From an archaeon (GTDB lineage: Archaea > EX4484-52 > B79-G9), in assembly GCA_043813875.1 (NCBI GenBank), contig JBDRKP010000039.1, forward strand, positions 1-41,055: DNA of 41,055 nt, in the 5' to 3' direction. Below, in pieces: positions 1-7,853 of this stretch. Made by a program: the position numbers and the translations under genes. Under the pieces are notes generated by a model. It was not told where the DNA came from, searched no databases, and saw only the letters and a list, made by a program, of their open reading frames with translations. Numbering within the stretch: the first letter of the stretch is position 1; the number at the start of each line of letters is the position of its first letter.

Positions 1-109
1 CGCGTACGGCTTCGTCGCAAAAAATACGTCGTCTGTATGCAGGCGTAAACTGCAAGTGGTAGTTGGCTTCGCCAACTGTATGGCTTGAGCTAAGTAATTC
101 GATTTTCAT
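1..109 (-). CDS. tnpA: IS200/IS605-family HUH (Y1) transposase TnpA, N-terminal part (runs off the window start)
   Basis: Not in the ORF track. Manual translation from ATG at 109 gives MKIELLSSSHTVGEANYHLQFTPAYRRRIFCDEAVR, matching the TnpA N-terminal pattern H-x-V..NYH-x-x-F-x-P-x-YRR-x-x-F. AGGAGG lies at 122-117 on the minus strand. Confidence 0.8.
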   Translation of the reverse strand, partial: MKIELLSSSHTVGEANYHLQFTPAYRRRIFCDEAVR

Positions 110-307
110 AGAAATTCCTCCTTATACTGATTGTTTTATAATGAGCAAAGTGCAACAGTAAAACTAAGTCATTTCTTCAAAGGGTGCACTTTGCACCTCT
201 TCTTTATTTTTGAATTTCAATCGAGAAATAGTTAATGCAGGATTAGGCTCGCCTTTTGAAGTTGGTTCGCAATTCAATCTTCGGCTTAAAAGCCGAAGGG
301 TTTCTTG
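1..307 (-). mobile_element. Left end of an IS200/IS605-family element
   Basis: Minus strand 307-270 reads CAAGAAACCCTTCGGCTTTTAAGCCGAAGATTGAATTG, a subterminal hairpin (279-298) upstream of tnpA that resembles IS605-group left ends. The boundary is inferred. Confidence 0.6.
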
Positions 308-391
308 CTAGGCTCGCCCTAAAAAGAACTAATCAACGACAATAGCTTAATTTTTTAAAGTTAAGTACAACATATTAGGTATAAATCTAGT

Positions 392-492
392 GCCCCGGTA
401 GCTCAGCAGGTAGAGCGCATGGCTGTTAACCATGTTGTCGCAGGTTCGAGAAATCAAACACAAAAATTGATTAGAAAATCCTGCCCGGGGCG
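392..492 (+). tRNA. tRNA-Asn(GTT) with a 28-nt intron (451-478) at position 59/60 in the T-loop
   Basis: Acceptor stem GCCCCGG/CCGGGGC, D-stem GCTC/GAGC, anticodon arm CATGG-CTGTTAA-CCATG, T-stem GCAGG/CCTGC. The insert forms a bulge-helix-bulge motif; its removal restores the loop TTCGAGT. CCA is not encoded. Confidence 0.93.
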
Positions 493-562
493 CTCTTAAC
501 CTAAAATAGCCGCTACTTCTCGTCAGGCACACAAATATAACTTTAAACCGCAAAATAACTCT

Positions 563-1480
563 ATGGAAACACATTATCTGACAAACGAACTGCGGGAAGA
601 ACTCAAAAAACCCATAGGAACCGCAATAATCGGCAAAGAAGAGGACGTAAAACAAAGGTTCAACAACATCATAAAAACAATACCTCACAAAAAACTCATA
701 TCAGTAGGCGATGTGACCTCAAGACTATTCGACGCAGACATAAAGATCTTCGACGGAAGGATCCTAAGAAACATACACGTAGATACAATAAAACCGACAA
801 TGACAGCGCTCAATCCACCGGCATCAATCGACAAAGGCATCTGGGATGTATTAAGACACGCCCTGAAATGCAACAAAAAAGAAAAGATCATGATAGACGG
901 CGAAGAAGACCTCATCGTCCTGCCGTTGATTCTTCTGTGCGACACAGACACAATAATCGTCTACGGCCTCCCCCACCAGGGCATAGGCTACGTCATCCCG
1001 GACAAAAATACAAAATCCAAAGCAGAATCGATACTCCAAAAAATGCGCACCCAAAAATTCAAAAAAATAGTAGTCGGCGGCACATTCGACCATCTCCATG
1101 ACGGCCACAGGTATCTCTTGAGGATGTCAAAATATTACGCAGAAAAGACATTCATAGGAATAACATCAGATGACATGGCAAGAAAAAAGCCCCATCCCGA
1201 AAAGATAGAGTCATACGAGACAAGGAAAAAATCAGTTGAAGATTGCGCAAAAAAAATCAACCTCAACTACGAGACAATAGAGATAGACGACATCTACGGC
1301 CCCGCTGCAGTTGACAAAGAACTGGACTCCATCATACTGACAGAAGAGACAATCAAAAACGGCATATTAGTAAACAAAAAAAGAAAACAAAATGGACTGA
1401 AAGGACTCAACTACATCATCCTCCCATACATCCTTGGCCCCGGCAGAACAAAAATAGACAGCACCAGCTTCAGAAAATAA
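563..1480 (+). CDS. Fused GTP-dependent dephospho-CoA kinase (DUF359) + phosphopantetheine adenylyltransferase
   Basis: N-half has ISVGDVTS, IDGEEDL and YGLP motifs (DUF359); C-half has VVGGTFDHLHDGH (HxGH), DIYGP and a terminal STSFR as in archaeal PPAT. Confidence 0.88.
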   Translation: METHYLTNELREELKKPIGTAIIGKEEDVKQRFNNIIKTIPHKKLISVGDVTSRLFDADIKIFDGRILRNIHVDTIKPTMTALNPPASIDKGIWDVLRHALKCNKKEKIMIDGEEDLIVLPLILLCDTDTIIVYGLPHQGIGYVIPDKNTKSKAESILQKMRTQKFKKIVVGGTFDHLHDGHRYLLRMSKYYAEKTFIGITSDDMARKKPHPEKIESYETRKKSVEDCAKKINLNYETIEIDDIYGPAAVDKELDSIILTEETIKNGILVNKKRKQNGLKGLNYIILPYILGPGRTKIDSTSFRK

Positions 1481-1527
1481 CGCATTGAAAAAAAAGATAT
1501 TTATACTAAGAAAATCATAGATAAAAC

Positions 1528-1854
1528 ATGAACAAAAAAATACTCATTGTTGCCCTATCAATAATCTTAGCTATCTTACTAATCTTTCTCGCCTTTAATA
1601 ACATGAATTCAGATAAAACCGGTTGCAATTGGAAACCGCCAAAAGGATACATCGGTCCCTGCCCGATGAATGCTGGCTGGTACTTCGATGGAAGAGGATG
1701 CGTTTCCTTGGGTGCATGCGTTGACGAAAAAAACTATGAACTTGTAGAAAAAGGAATCCCATTCAAAACAGCACAAGAATGTATCGCTGCATGTACAATA
1801 AAAAATCCGACAAACTCAAATCCTAGAAAGCTTCTCCCACTTCTTGAGCTTTAA
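1528..1854 (+). CDS. Membrane-anchored/exported protein with a Kunitz/BPTI-like six-cysteine domain
   Basis: N-terminal hydrophobic helix, then C..KP..GPC..WYFD..C..GAC..F.T.QEC..C. TATA-like TTTATA about 25 nt upstream. The 3' end overlaps the convergent gene by 39 nt. Confidence 0.65.
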   Translation: MNKKILIVALSIILAILLIFLAFNNMNSDKTGCNWKPPKGYIGPCPMNAGWYFDGRGCVSLGACVDEKNYELVEKGIPFKTAQECIAACTIKNPTNSNPRKLLPLLEL

Positions 1855-3117
1855 GACACCCGAAAGCGTCCCGCCTTTCTTTATCTCCCCACGGATACGA
1901 TTCTCATTTTCAAACACACTCATCGCGCGATTAGCAACCTCAACCGCATCCTTCCTCGGAACAACAACAACCCCATTATCATCCCCGACAATATAATCAC
2001 CATCATTCACAACCTGCTCACCACAATTCACGCGAACGCCTATCTCACCAAACCCCTTGGCCTCCCCTGCATTCGGCCTGACATACCTAGCAAATGCAGA
2101 GAATTCAAGACCCCTAATCTCATCGATATCCCTGATAGTCCCATCGATAACCACACCGGCAATCCCACGATTGACAGCGCTATGACTCGCAAGCTCACCC
2201 CAAAGCGCAACATCCCCCCCATTCGCATCAATCACAATGACATCCCCCACTTTAGCCACATCAATCGCCTCGACAGGCTTCGACCAGTCCCCGTTCATCG
2301 CCCTGACAGTAACCGCACGCCCCACCATCTTTCGGCCCGGCGTCAGCGCAACAATACCCTTCATCGCCCCAAGCCCATGCATCGCATCGCTGATATTCGG
2401 CGTCGAGACCTTCGAAAGTATCCCAAAAACCTCGTCCTCCCTGTGAGCGCGCCTGTCAGCCTTCAGAGAAGCGCCAGCAATAGCCGCAAACACCCGGTCT
2501 ATAGCCACCCCGACATCAGCCTGCTTCGTGATTGCGCTCCCGATAATCAGTATATCCGCCCCGTTCTCACATGCAAGAGCAACATTATCCTCATCCAGAC
2601 CCCCTGCGACAGCAAGCGGTATGTTCACCGCATCCCGAAGCAGAGCAAGCCTCTCATCAATGACCTGTCCCTTCATCTGCTCATCAATGCTCAGGTGAAA
2701 AACAACATAATGCACACCCATCCGAGCGATTTCCACAGCCCTCTCAATCACCCTCTCCTTTGGAACCCCCAGCATATCGATCATTATCTTGGTCCCGTAC
2801 CTCTCCGCCTCCTTCACAGCATCAACAATAGTAGAATCATCAGACACCCCAAGAAGGATGACAACATCAGCACCGGCCTTAGCCGCAATCTCTACCTCGA
2901 CCGCTCCCGTATCGACAGTCTTCATATCAGCGACAATCGTATTTTTCGGAAAAGCGCGCCGGAACTTCCTCACAGCATCAAGACCCTCCGCCTTGATAAG
3001 CGGCGTCCCGACCTCAATCCAGTCAACACCCTTATCGACACAAATCTTCGCAACCTTCATGGCCCTCTCAAAATCAACAAAATCAAGCGCCACCTGAACA
3101 ATCGGCTTATCATCCAT
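1816..3117 (-). CDS. 3-hexulose-6-phosphate synthase fused to an RraA/HMG-aldolase-family domain
   Basis: QVALD, WIEVGTPL and VADMKTVDTG motifs (HPS); C-terminal STPNISDAM, WGELA and GVVIDGTIRD motifs (RraA family). Start placed at ATG 3117, which follows GGTGA and overlaps the upstream stop. Confidence 0.88.
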   Translation of the reverse strand: MDDKPIVQVALDFVDFERAMKVAKICVDKGVDWIEVGTPLIKAEGLDAVRKFRRAFPKNTIVADMKTVDTGAVEVEIAAKAGADVVILLGVSDDSTIVDAVKEAERYGTKIMIDMLGVPKERVIERAVEIARMGVHYVVFHLSIDEQMKGQVIDERLALLRDAVNIPLAVAGGLDEDNVALACENGADILIIGSAITKQADVGVAIDRVFAAIAGASLKADRRAHREDEVFGILSKVSTPNISDAMHGLGAMKGIVALTPGRKMVGRAVTVRAMNGDWSKPVEAIDVAKVGDVIVIDANGGDVALWGELASHSAVNRGIAGVVIDGTIRDIDEIRGLEFSAFARYVRPNAGEAKGFGEIGVRVNCGEQVVNDGDYIVGDDNGVVVVPRKDAVEVANRAMSVFENENRIRGEIKKGGTLSGVLKLKKWEKLSRI

Positions 3118-3886
3118 CCATATCACCACACGCAATAACATCAAGCCTCTCTTTCATAAAAAGAAGCACAGAAGAAAGATTCTTCCCATTATCGAACCCA
3201 TCGAGAATATCACGCAGCTCGGACTCATCAAGACCCTTCATCCTCTCAACCTCATCGCACAGACGAGGATAGCACCGGACAATATTATCGACTATAGTGA
3301 CATCAGCTGCCCGGGCGCTCCTAGAAAACGGCGACAAATCGACTGTGACGACCTTCTTTCCCATCCGGCAAAGCGCCTCTGTCCTGTCCCCATCCTCAAG
3401 CGGGACAAGCACGACATCAGCAGTGAATATGCCAGCCGGACTCACCTTCCCGCGTTCATGCAGAAGACCGGGGATGCGTTCCGTTGCATCACCACCTACA
3501 CCAAGCACTGCTGATTCAGCGCCCGCATCAATAAGAATCTTCTCGATAACCTTCTCCCTCTTACTGTTCCGGTAAAACAGATTAACCTCAAGGGGGCAGT
3601 CAAGAAGGCGTGAAAGCCTGACAGACTCAGCCGCAACCAGAGCCGCCGCATTTCCGTTGACCGAGATGACCGGCTTCCTTGCAAGAAGAAGCATGGCAGC
3701 TGCTGCACGTATAGCAGAAAGCGCAGCATCCCCGGTAGCCTCGCCGATAATATAATCAAACGCCTCGCCCCTCCCCTGCGCAATAAGTCCCTCCGGGACG
3801 ACAGCCCCGTTCCTGAATCCCAGGACCAGCCTTTCGCGTATCATAAGCGATTCATATCTCGGATGCGACTTAGGGATGGTAGTCAT
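3110..3886 (-). CDS. 4-phosphopantoate--beta-alanine ligase (phosphopantothenate synthetase, PPS)
   Basis: IPKSHPRYESL, GRGEAFDY, ISVNGN, LEVNLFY, VPLEDGDR and IVDNIVR motifs. Confidence 0.93.
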   Translation of the reverse strand: MTTIPKSHPRYESLMIRERLVLGFRNGAVVPEGLIAQGRGEAFDYIIGEATGDAALSAIRAAAAMLLLARKPVISVNGNAAALVAAESVRLSRLLDCPLEVNLFYRNSKREKVIEKILIDAGAESAVLGVGGDATERIPGLLHERGKVSPAGIFTADVVLVPLEDGDRTEALCRMGKKVVTVDLSPFSRSARAADVTIVDNIVRCYPRLCDEVERMKGLDESELRDILDGFDNGKNLSSVLLFMKERLDVIACGDMDG

Positions 3887-4758
3887 AATATCAGTCCAGG
3901 CTTCCTGTAGCCAACCTTCGTCTCAAAAACATAGTTGGCATCATTTAATTCGCGAAGCACATTTTTATTCATATCATCTAAAAGAAACACAAATCCGCTC
4001 TCACCAAGCATAGTCTGCGAAGCACGGCATCCCGGGATTGCATTAAGCCGCAAAAGAACCCTCCTGAGCCTTTCAGTAAGGAATCCTGCCTTCCCTGCAA
4101 ATTCAATAGAACATGCCATAAAATTATCAAACGTAGGATCAAAGAAAAGCTTCTCCAAAATCACATCAGCAATCCTGTTCAACTCCACGTATCCTTCACC
4201 GCTGATGACCTTTTTCGTATCAACGGCACCGAACGAAAAACATATCAGATGAACCGCATCACTCTTGATATTCTCAATCAGAGAACGTCCAGGCGCACCC
4301 TCCCTCTTCCTCATCTCGATGCCGCCGACAAGCATAGGCGAGACATCCCCTAGACCCGTAGCGCACTCAATTTCAGCAGCATGCGCAACCCCCCCGACCT
4401 CACCAAGCGACATGCCCAAAGAATATATCTCATTAAGACACAATCCCGCTCCCACGGCACACGCACCCGAAACACCGAACCCGGCACCAAGAGGCATCTT
4501 CGTAGTATGCCGGAAAATGACCTTCCCATGTGAATCAGGCGCCATCCTCTTCAGCACAGCAAAAGACGGGGCAAAATCCATCATATTGCCATTGAAATAT
4601 ACCAAAGAACCGGAACCGGGAACAGTTTCAACCTCGGTCACCACACCTTCATCTATGACAATGCCCGCCCCCCTGGAACCGGAATCAAGCGGATCATCAT
4701 GCATGCATACCCGAAAGATAGTCGAGATATGCCCGGGACAGTAAGCCCTGACCTTCAT
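3883..4758 (-). CDS. Pantoate kinase (PoK, GHMP kinase family)
   Basis: PGHIS, GSRGAG, PLGAGFGVSGA, AHAAEI..TGLGDV and REGAPG motifs; 4-nt overlap with PPS. Confidence 0.92.
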   Translation of the reverse strand: MKVRAYCPGHISTIFRVCMHDDPLDSGSRGAGIVIDEGVVTEVETVPGSGSLVYFNGNMMDFAPSFAVLKRMAPDSHGKVIFRHTTKMPLGAGFGVSGACAVGAGLCLNEIYSLGMSLGEVGGVAHAAEIECATGLGDVSPMLVGGIEMRKREGAPGRSLIENIKSDAVHLICFSFGAVDTKKVISGEGYVELNRIADVILEKLFFDPTFDNFMACSIEFAGKAGFLTERLRRVLLRLNAIPGCRASQTMLGESGFVFLLDDMNKNVLRELNDANYVFETKVGYRKPGLIL

Positions 4759-4767
4759 AGAATCACA

Positions 4768-5109
4768 TCACTTCAAACGATTACTCTCATCAACAAAAAC
4801 AATCTTTGGCACAATGTTTTTCGAATCCTTCTCATCATACATCGCAAAAGACGCGATTATGACCACATCACCAGTATAGCAGCGATGTGCAGCGCTCCCG
4901 TTGACAGAAATCTCCCCGCTCCGGCCTTCGATTGCATACGTCACAAACCGCTTCCCGTTAGTGACATTCCACACATGGACCTTCTCATAAGGCAGGATAT
5001 CCGCGAAAGTTAGCAGCTCCCGATCAATAGAGATACTTCCTTCATAATTCATATCCGTACCGGTAACAACAGCCCGGTGTATCTTGGATTTCAACATAAT
5101 CCTTTCCAT
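4768..5109 (-). CDS. panD: Pyruvoyl-dependent aspartate 1-decarboxylase
   Basis: [18 protein letters not shown] (Gly24-Ser25 autocleavage site), NGKRFVTY and NGSAAH motifs. Confidence 0.95.
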   Translation of the reverse strand: MERIMLKSKIHRAVVTGTDMNYEGSISIDRELLTFADILPYEKVHVWNVTNGKRFVTYAIEGRSGEISVNGSAAHRCYTGDVVIIASFAMYDEKDSKNIVPKIVFVDESNRLK

Positions 5110-5282
5110 ACCAAAAAGAATTCAGCAACCTACTTTTTAAACCTTCCGAAAACAGGCTACAATAATACGACAAACGCCGAAAACAGCCAATAAATCACAC
5201 TCATTTATATAAACCACAGCAATCCATTGAATAAGTCATACCCATAAGAAAAAGACCAGACGAACATATCGGAGGAATTCTA

Positions 5283-6455
5283 ATGAACATCGGTTGCCTA
5301 AGAGAGATAAAAAACAACGAGAACAGGGTCGGAATAACTCCCGACGGCGCAAAAAAGCTGACAGAATCAGGCCACAGCGTATTCATAGAACACGACGCAG
5401 GAAAAGAAGCCGGATACGAAGATGATGCCTACATATTCAAAGGCGCAAAGATACTCTCAAAAGAAGATATATACTCAACATCAGACATACTCGTGAAAGT
5501 AAAAGAACCGCTACCCGAAGAATACCCCCTTCTTGAACTCCTTAAAGGAAGAACTTTGTACACGTATCTCCACCTTGCTGCTGCAGAAAAAGAGCTTACA
5601 TCACGATTGCTGGAAAACAGCATAACATCCATCGCCTACGAGACCGTGATCGACGAAAACAACCGCCTGCCGCTTCTTGCCCCGATGAGCGAGATAGCAG
5701 GCGTGCTTGCGATACAGTACGGCGCCCAATACCTCCAGAAAAAATACAATGGCAAAGGAATAACACTCGGCATAATAACAGGGACACCGAACGCCAAAGT
5801 CGTAGTCGTTGGCGGCGGGACTGCCGGAGCGAAAGCAGCCATGACAGCAGCAGGCATCGGATCATGTGTGACCCTGTTCGAACTAAGCGACAGAAGAATC
5901 GAAGAGCTAAGAGACATGTTCAGGAACCATAGGAATGTCAAGATAATAAAATCAACGCCAGAAGAACTCAAAAAATACACCCAGGCAGCAGATCTCCTGA
6001 TAGGCGCAGTGCTTGTGCCAGGCAACAAGGCACCGACAGTAGTCACAGAAGACATGGTCCGCTCGATGCAGAAAGGATCAGTCATAATAGACATAGCAAT
6101 AGACCAGGGTGGCTGCATCTGGGGCTCAAGGCCGACATGCCACGACAATCCTATATTCGGGATAGACGGGAAGATATACTGCTGTGTGGCGAACATGCCC
6201 GGGCAGGTATCGCACCAGTCGACAAAAGCCCTGACAAGCGCCACGATAACATACCTGAAAAAAATGGCAGACAACGGAGTGATAGAACTGGCGATGAAAG
6301 ACAGGAACTTCATGCACGGCATAAACACAATAGCAGGTAGACTCACAAACAAAGCCGTAGCAGAGGCGCTATCACTCGAATACACCCCGACAGAAGATGT
6401 CTTAAGCGAAGCATTGATAGTGCGCGAAAGAACCAGAAACACCAAAATAGATTAA
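5283..6455 (+). CDS. ald: Alanine dehydrogenase (bacterial AlaDh/PNT type)
   Basis: EIKNNENRV, KVKEP, YLHLAA, LLAPMSEIAG, DIAIDQGGC and VANMPG motifs. Confidence 0.93.
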   Translation: MNIGCLREIKNNENRVGITPDGAKKLTESGHSVFIEHDAGKEAGYEDDAYIFKGAKILSKEDIYSTSDILVKVKEPLPEEYPLLELLKGRTLYTYLHLAAAEKELTSRLLENSITSIAYETVIDENNRLPLLAPMSEIAGVLAIQYGAQYLQKKYNGKGITLGIITGTPNAKVVVVGGGTAGAKAAMTAAGIGSCVTLFELSDRRIEELRDMFRNHRNVKIIKSTPEELKKYTQAADLLIGAVLVPGNKAPTVVTEDMVRSMQKGSVIIDIAIDQGGCIWGSRPTCHDNPIFGIDGKIYCCVANMPGQVSHQSTKALTSATITYLKKMADNGVIELAMKDRNFMHGINTIAGRLTNKAVAEALSLEYTPTEDVLSEALIVRERTRNTKID

Positions 6456-6486
6456 TACCTTGGATGCAATAATATAACCACTGATT

Positions 6487-7029
6487 ATGTCAAAACAAAA
6501 ATCAATCCTGATTTTAGGATTTGTGATCCTGGTAATTTTGATCAGCGGATGCACTCAAAAAGATCAGGATGAAACCAGGTGCGGTATAGAGAACTGCCAT
6601 GGCACAGACATCACCTGCGGACCTGATGTCCCGGATGCATGCACAATGGAATACGCATTCGGCGACAGATGCAGGCAATACGCAATCTGCACGATGATAG
6701 ATGACGAATGCAGGCTCCTGAAAAACGAAAAATTCGACGCATGTAAATCATGCGCAGAAAAATGCGAAACAAAGTACAAGGATGATATAAGTAAGGCATT
6801 TGAATGCGAAAGCACATGCCCAGAGACACAAATGGCATCCGAAACATCCTGCGAAAAGGACGAAGACTGCGCCTGCGGTGTCCACAAGACCACAGGAGAC
6901 TGCTTCTATGGGAACAGAGATTATGTAGACACAGATAAGCAGTGCCCTGACTTCTGCACAGGCATAGCCGGTAACTTAAAGATCAGATGCATAGAGAACA
7001 TCTGCACACAGACTGTAACCTCACAATAA
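6487..7029 (+). CDS. Cysteine-rich putative lipoprotein
   Basis: Signal peptide ending in ISGC (lipobox-like), followed by 20 further Cys in blocks of 12 and 8. Confidence 0.75.
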   Translation: MSKQKSILILGFVILVILISGCTQKDQDETRCGIENCHGTDITCGPDVPDACTMEYAFGDRCRQYAICTMIDDECRLLKNEKFDACKSCAEKCETKYKDDISKAFECESTCPETQMASETSCEKDEDCACGVHKTTGDCFYGNRDYVDTDKQCPDFCTGIAGNLKIRCIENICTQTVTSQ

Positions 7030-7061
7030 ATAAATCGAAAAAAGAACTAAGCAGACAAAAC

Positions 7062-7172
7062 AACCTGTTTTTGTCCAGAATCAGAAATAAACATTAATAA
7101 GTGCGCCTTTTGTCCAGAAACAGCGCATAAAGAAGAAAAAGTGCGTTTTCCCGCCCAGATGAGCGCATAAAG
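7062..7172. repeat. Three degenerate tandem units of about 40 bp
   Basis: TTTTGTCCAGAA occurs twice and AAGTGCG...AGCGCATAAAG occurs twice; CCAGA cores lie at 7075, 7114 and 7156. Confidence 0.5.
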
Positions 7173-7286
7173 CCGACAAATACTTGTAATATTTATTGAA
7201 ATATATAAAAATATTATATAAAAAAAGAACAAAAAACAAACAACAACGCAAGTAAATTTAAATATATAATCTTACCATAAAAGCAT

Positions 7287-7499
7287 ATGGCAACATTTAC
7301 CGCAATATTGGAAAAAGAGGAAGATATGTACGTAGCCCGTTGCCCTGAAGTCGGAACAGTAAGCCAGGGCAATACAATAGAAGAAGCACTCAGAAACCTG
7401 AAAGAAGCCACAGAACTATATTTAGAAGAATTTCCTCTAAAGGAAAAAAAGCATCCTCTTTTAACCACTTTCGAGGTCGCTGAAAGTGCCAAAATTTAA
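7287..7499 (+). CDS. hicB: HicB-family antitoxin (short form, no DNA-binding domain)
   Basis: YVARCPEVGTVSQGNTIEEALRNLKEATELYL. Confidence 0.9.
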   Translation: MATFTAILEKEEDMYVARCPEVGTVSQGNTIEEALRNLKEATELYLEEFPLKEKKHPLLTTFEVAESAKI

Positions 7500-7716
7500 G
7501 AAAATCTCCGGCAAGGAATGTATTCGAATTCTCTGCAACAAATTCGATTTTAACGTGATACGCCAAAAAGGAAGCCATATAATTCTTTCAAAAAATACAC
7601 CAAATGGCAAAATCGGCACCGTGATACCAAATCATAAAGAAATAAAAATCGGTACTCTTAAATGTATTCTTGAACTCGCAAAAGTCAAGGAAGAAGATTT
7701 TGCAAAATATCAATAG
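7486..7716 (+). CDS. hicA: HicA-family mRNA interferase toxin
   Basis: RQKGSH catalytic motif, VIPNHKEI and GTL motifs; GTG start overlapping hicB. Confidence 0.9.
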   Translation: MPKFKKISGKECIRILCNKFDFNVIRQKGSHIILSKNTPNGKIGTVIPNHKEIKIGTLKCILELAKVKEEDFAKYQ

Positions 7717-7853
7717 CTTCCGAATCCAATTGCAGCTGAAATGAAGAATCCAACACCTGAAAGCCGCGAGTAATGATACTTTATTTTTTCAAAGAAACAT
7801 TCAATAACAAACCACCCGCTAAATATAAAAAATCAGAGCAAGAATAATTACCA

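Noticed and set aside
347..688. 113-aa minus-strand ORF
   Set aside because: Antisense to tRNA-Asn and the DPCK-PPAT gene; no recognisable motifs.
2182..3138. 318-aa plus-strand ORF
   Set aside because: Antisense shadow of the HPS-RraA gene; its H/P/N/R-rich composition reflects codon bias on the opposite strand.
5636..6445. 269-aa minus-strand ORF
   Set aside because: Antisense shadow of ald.
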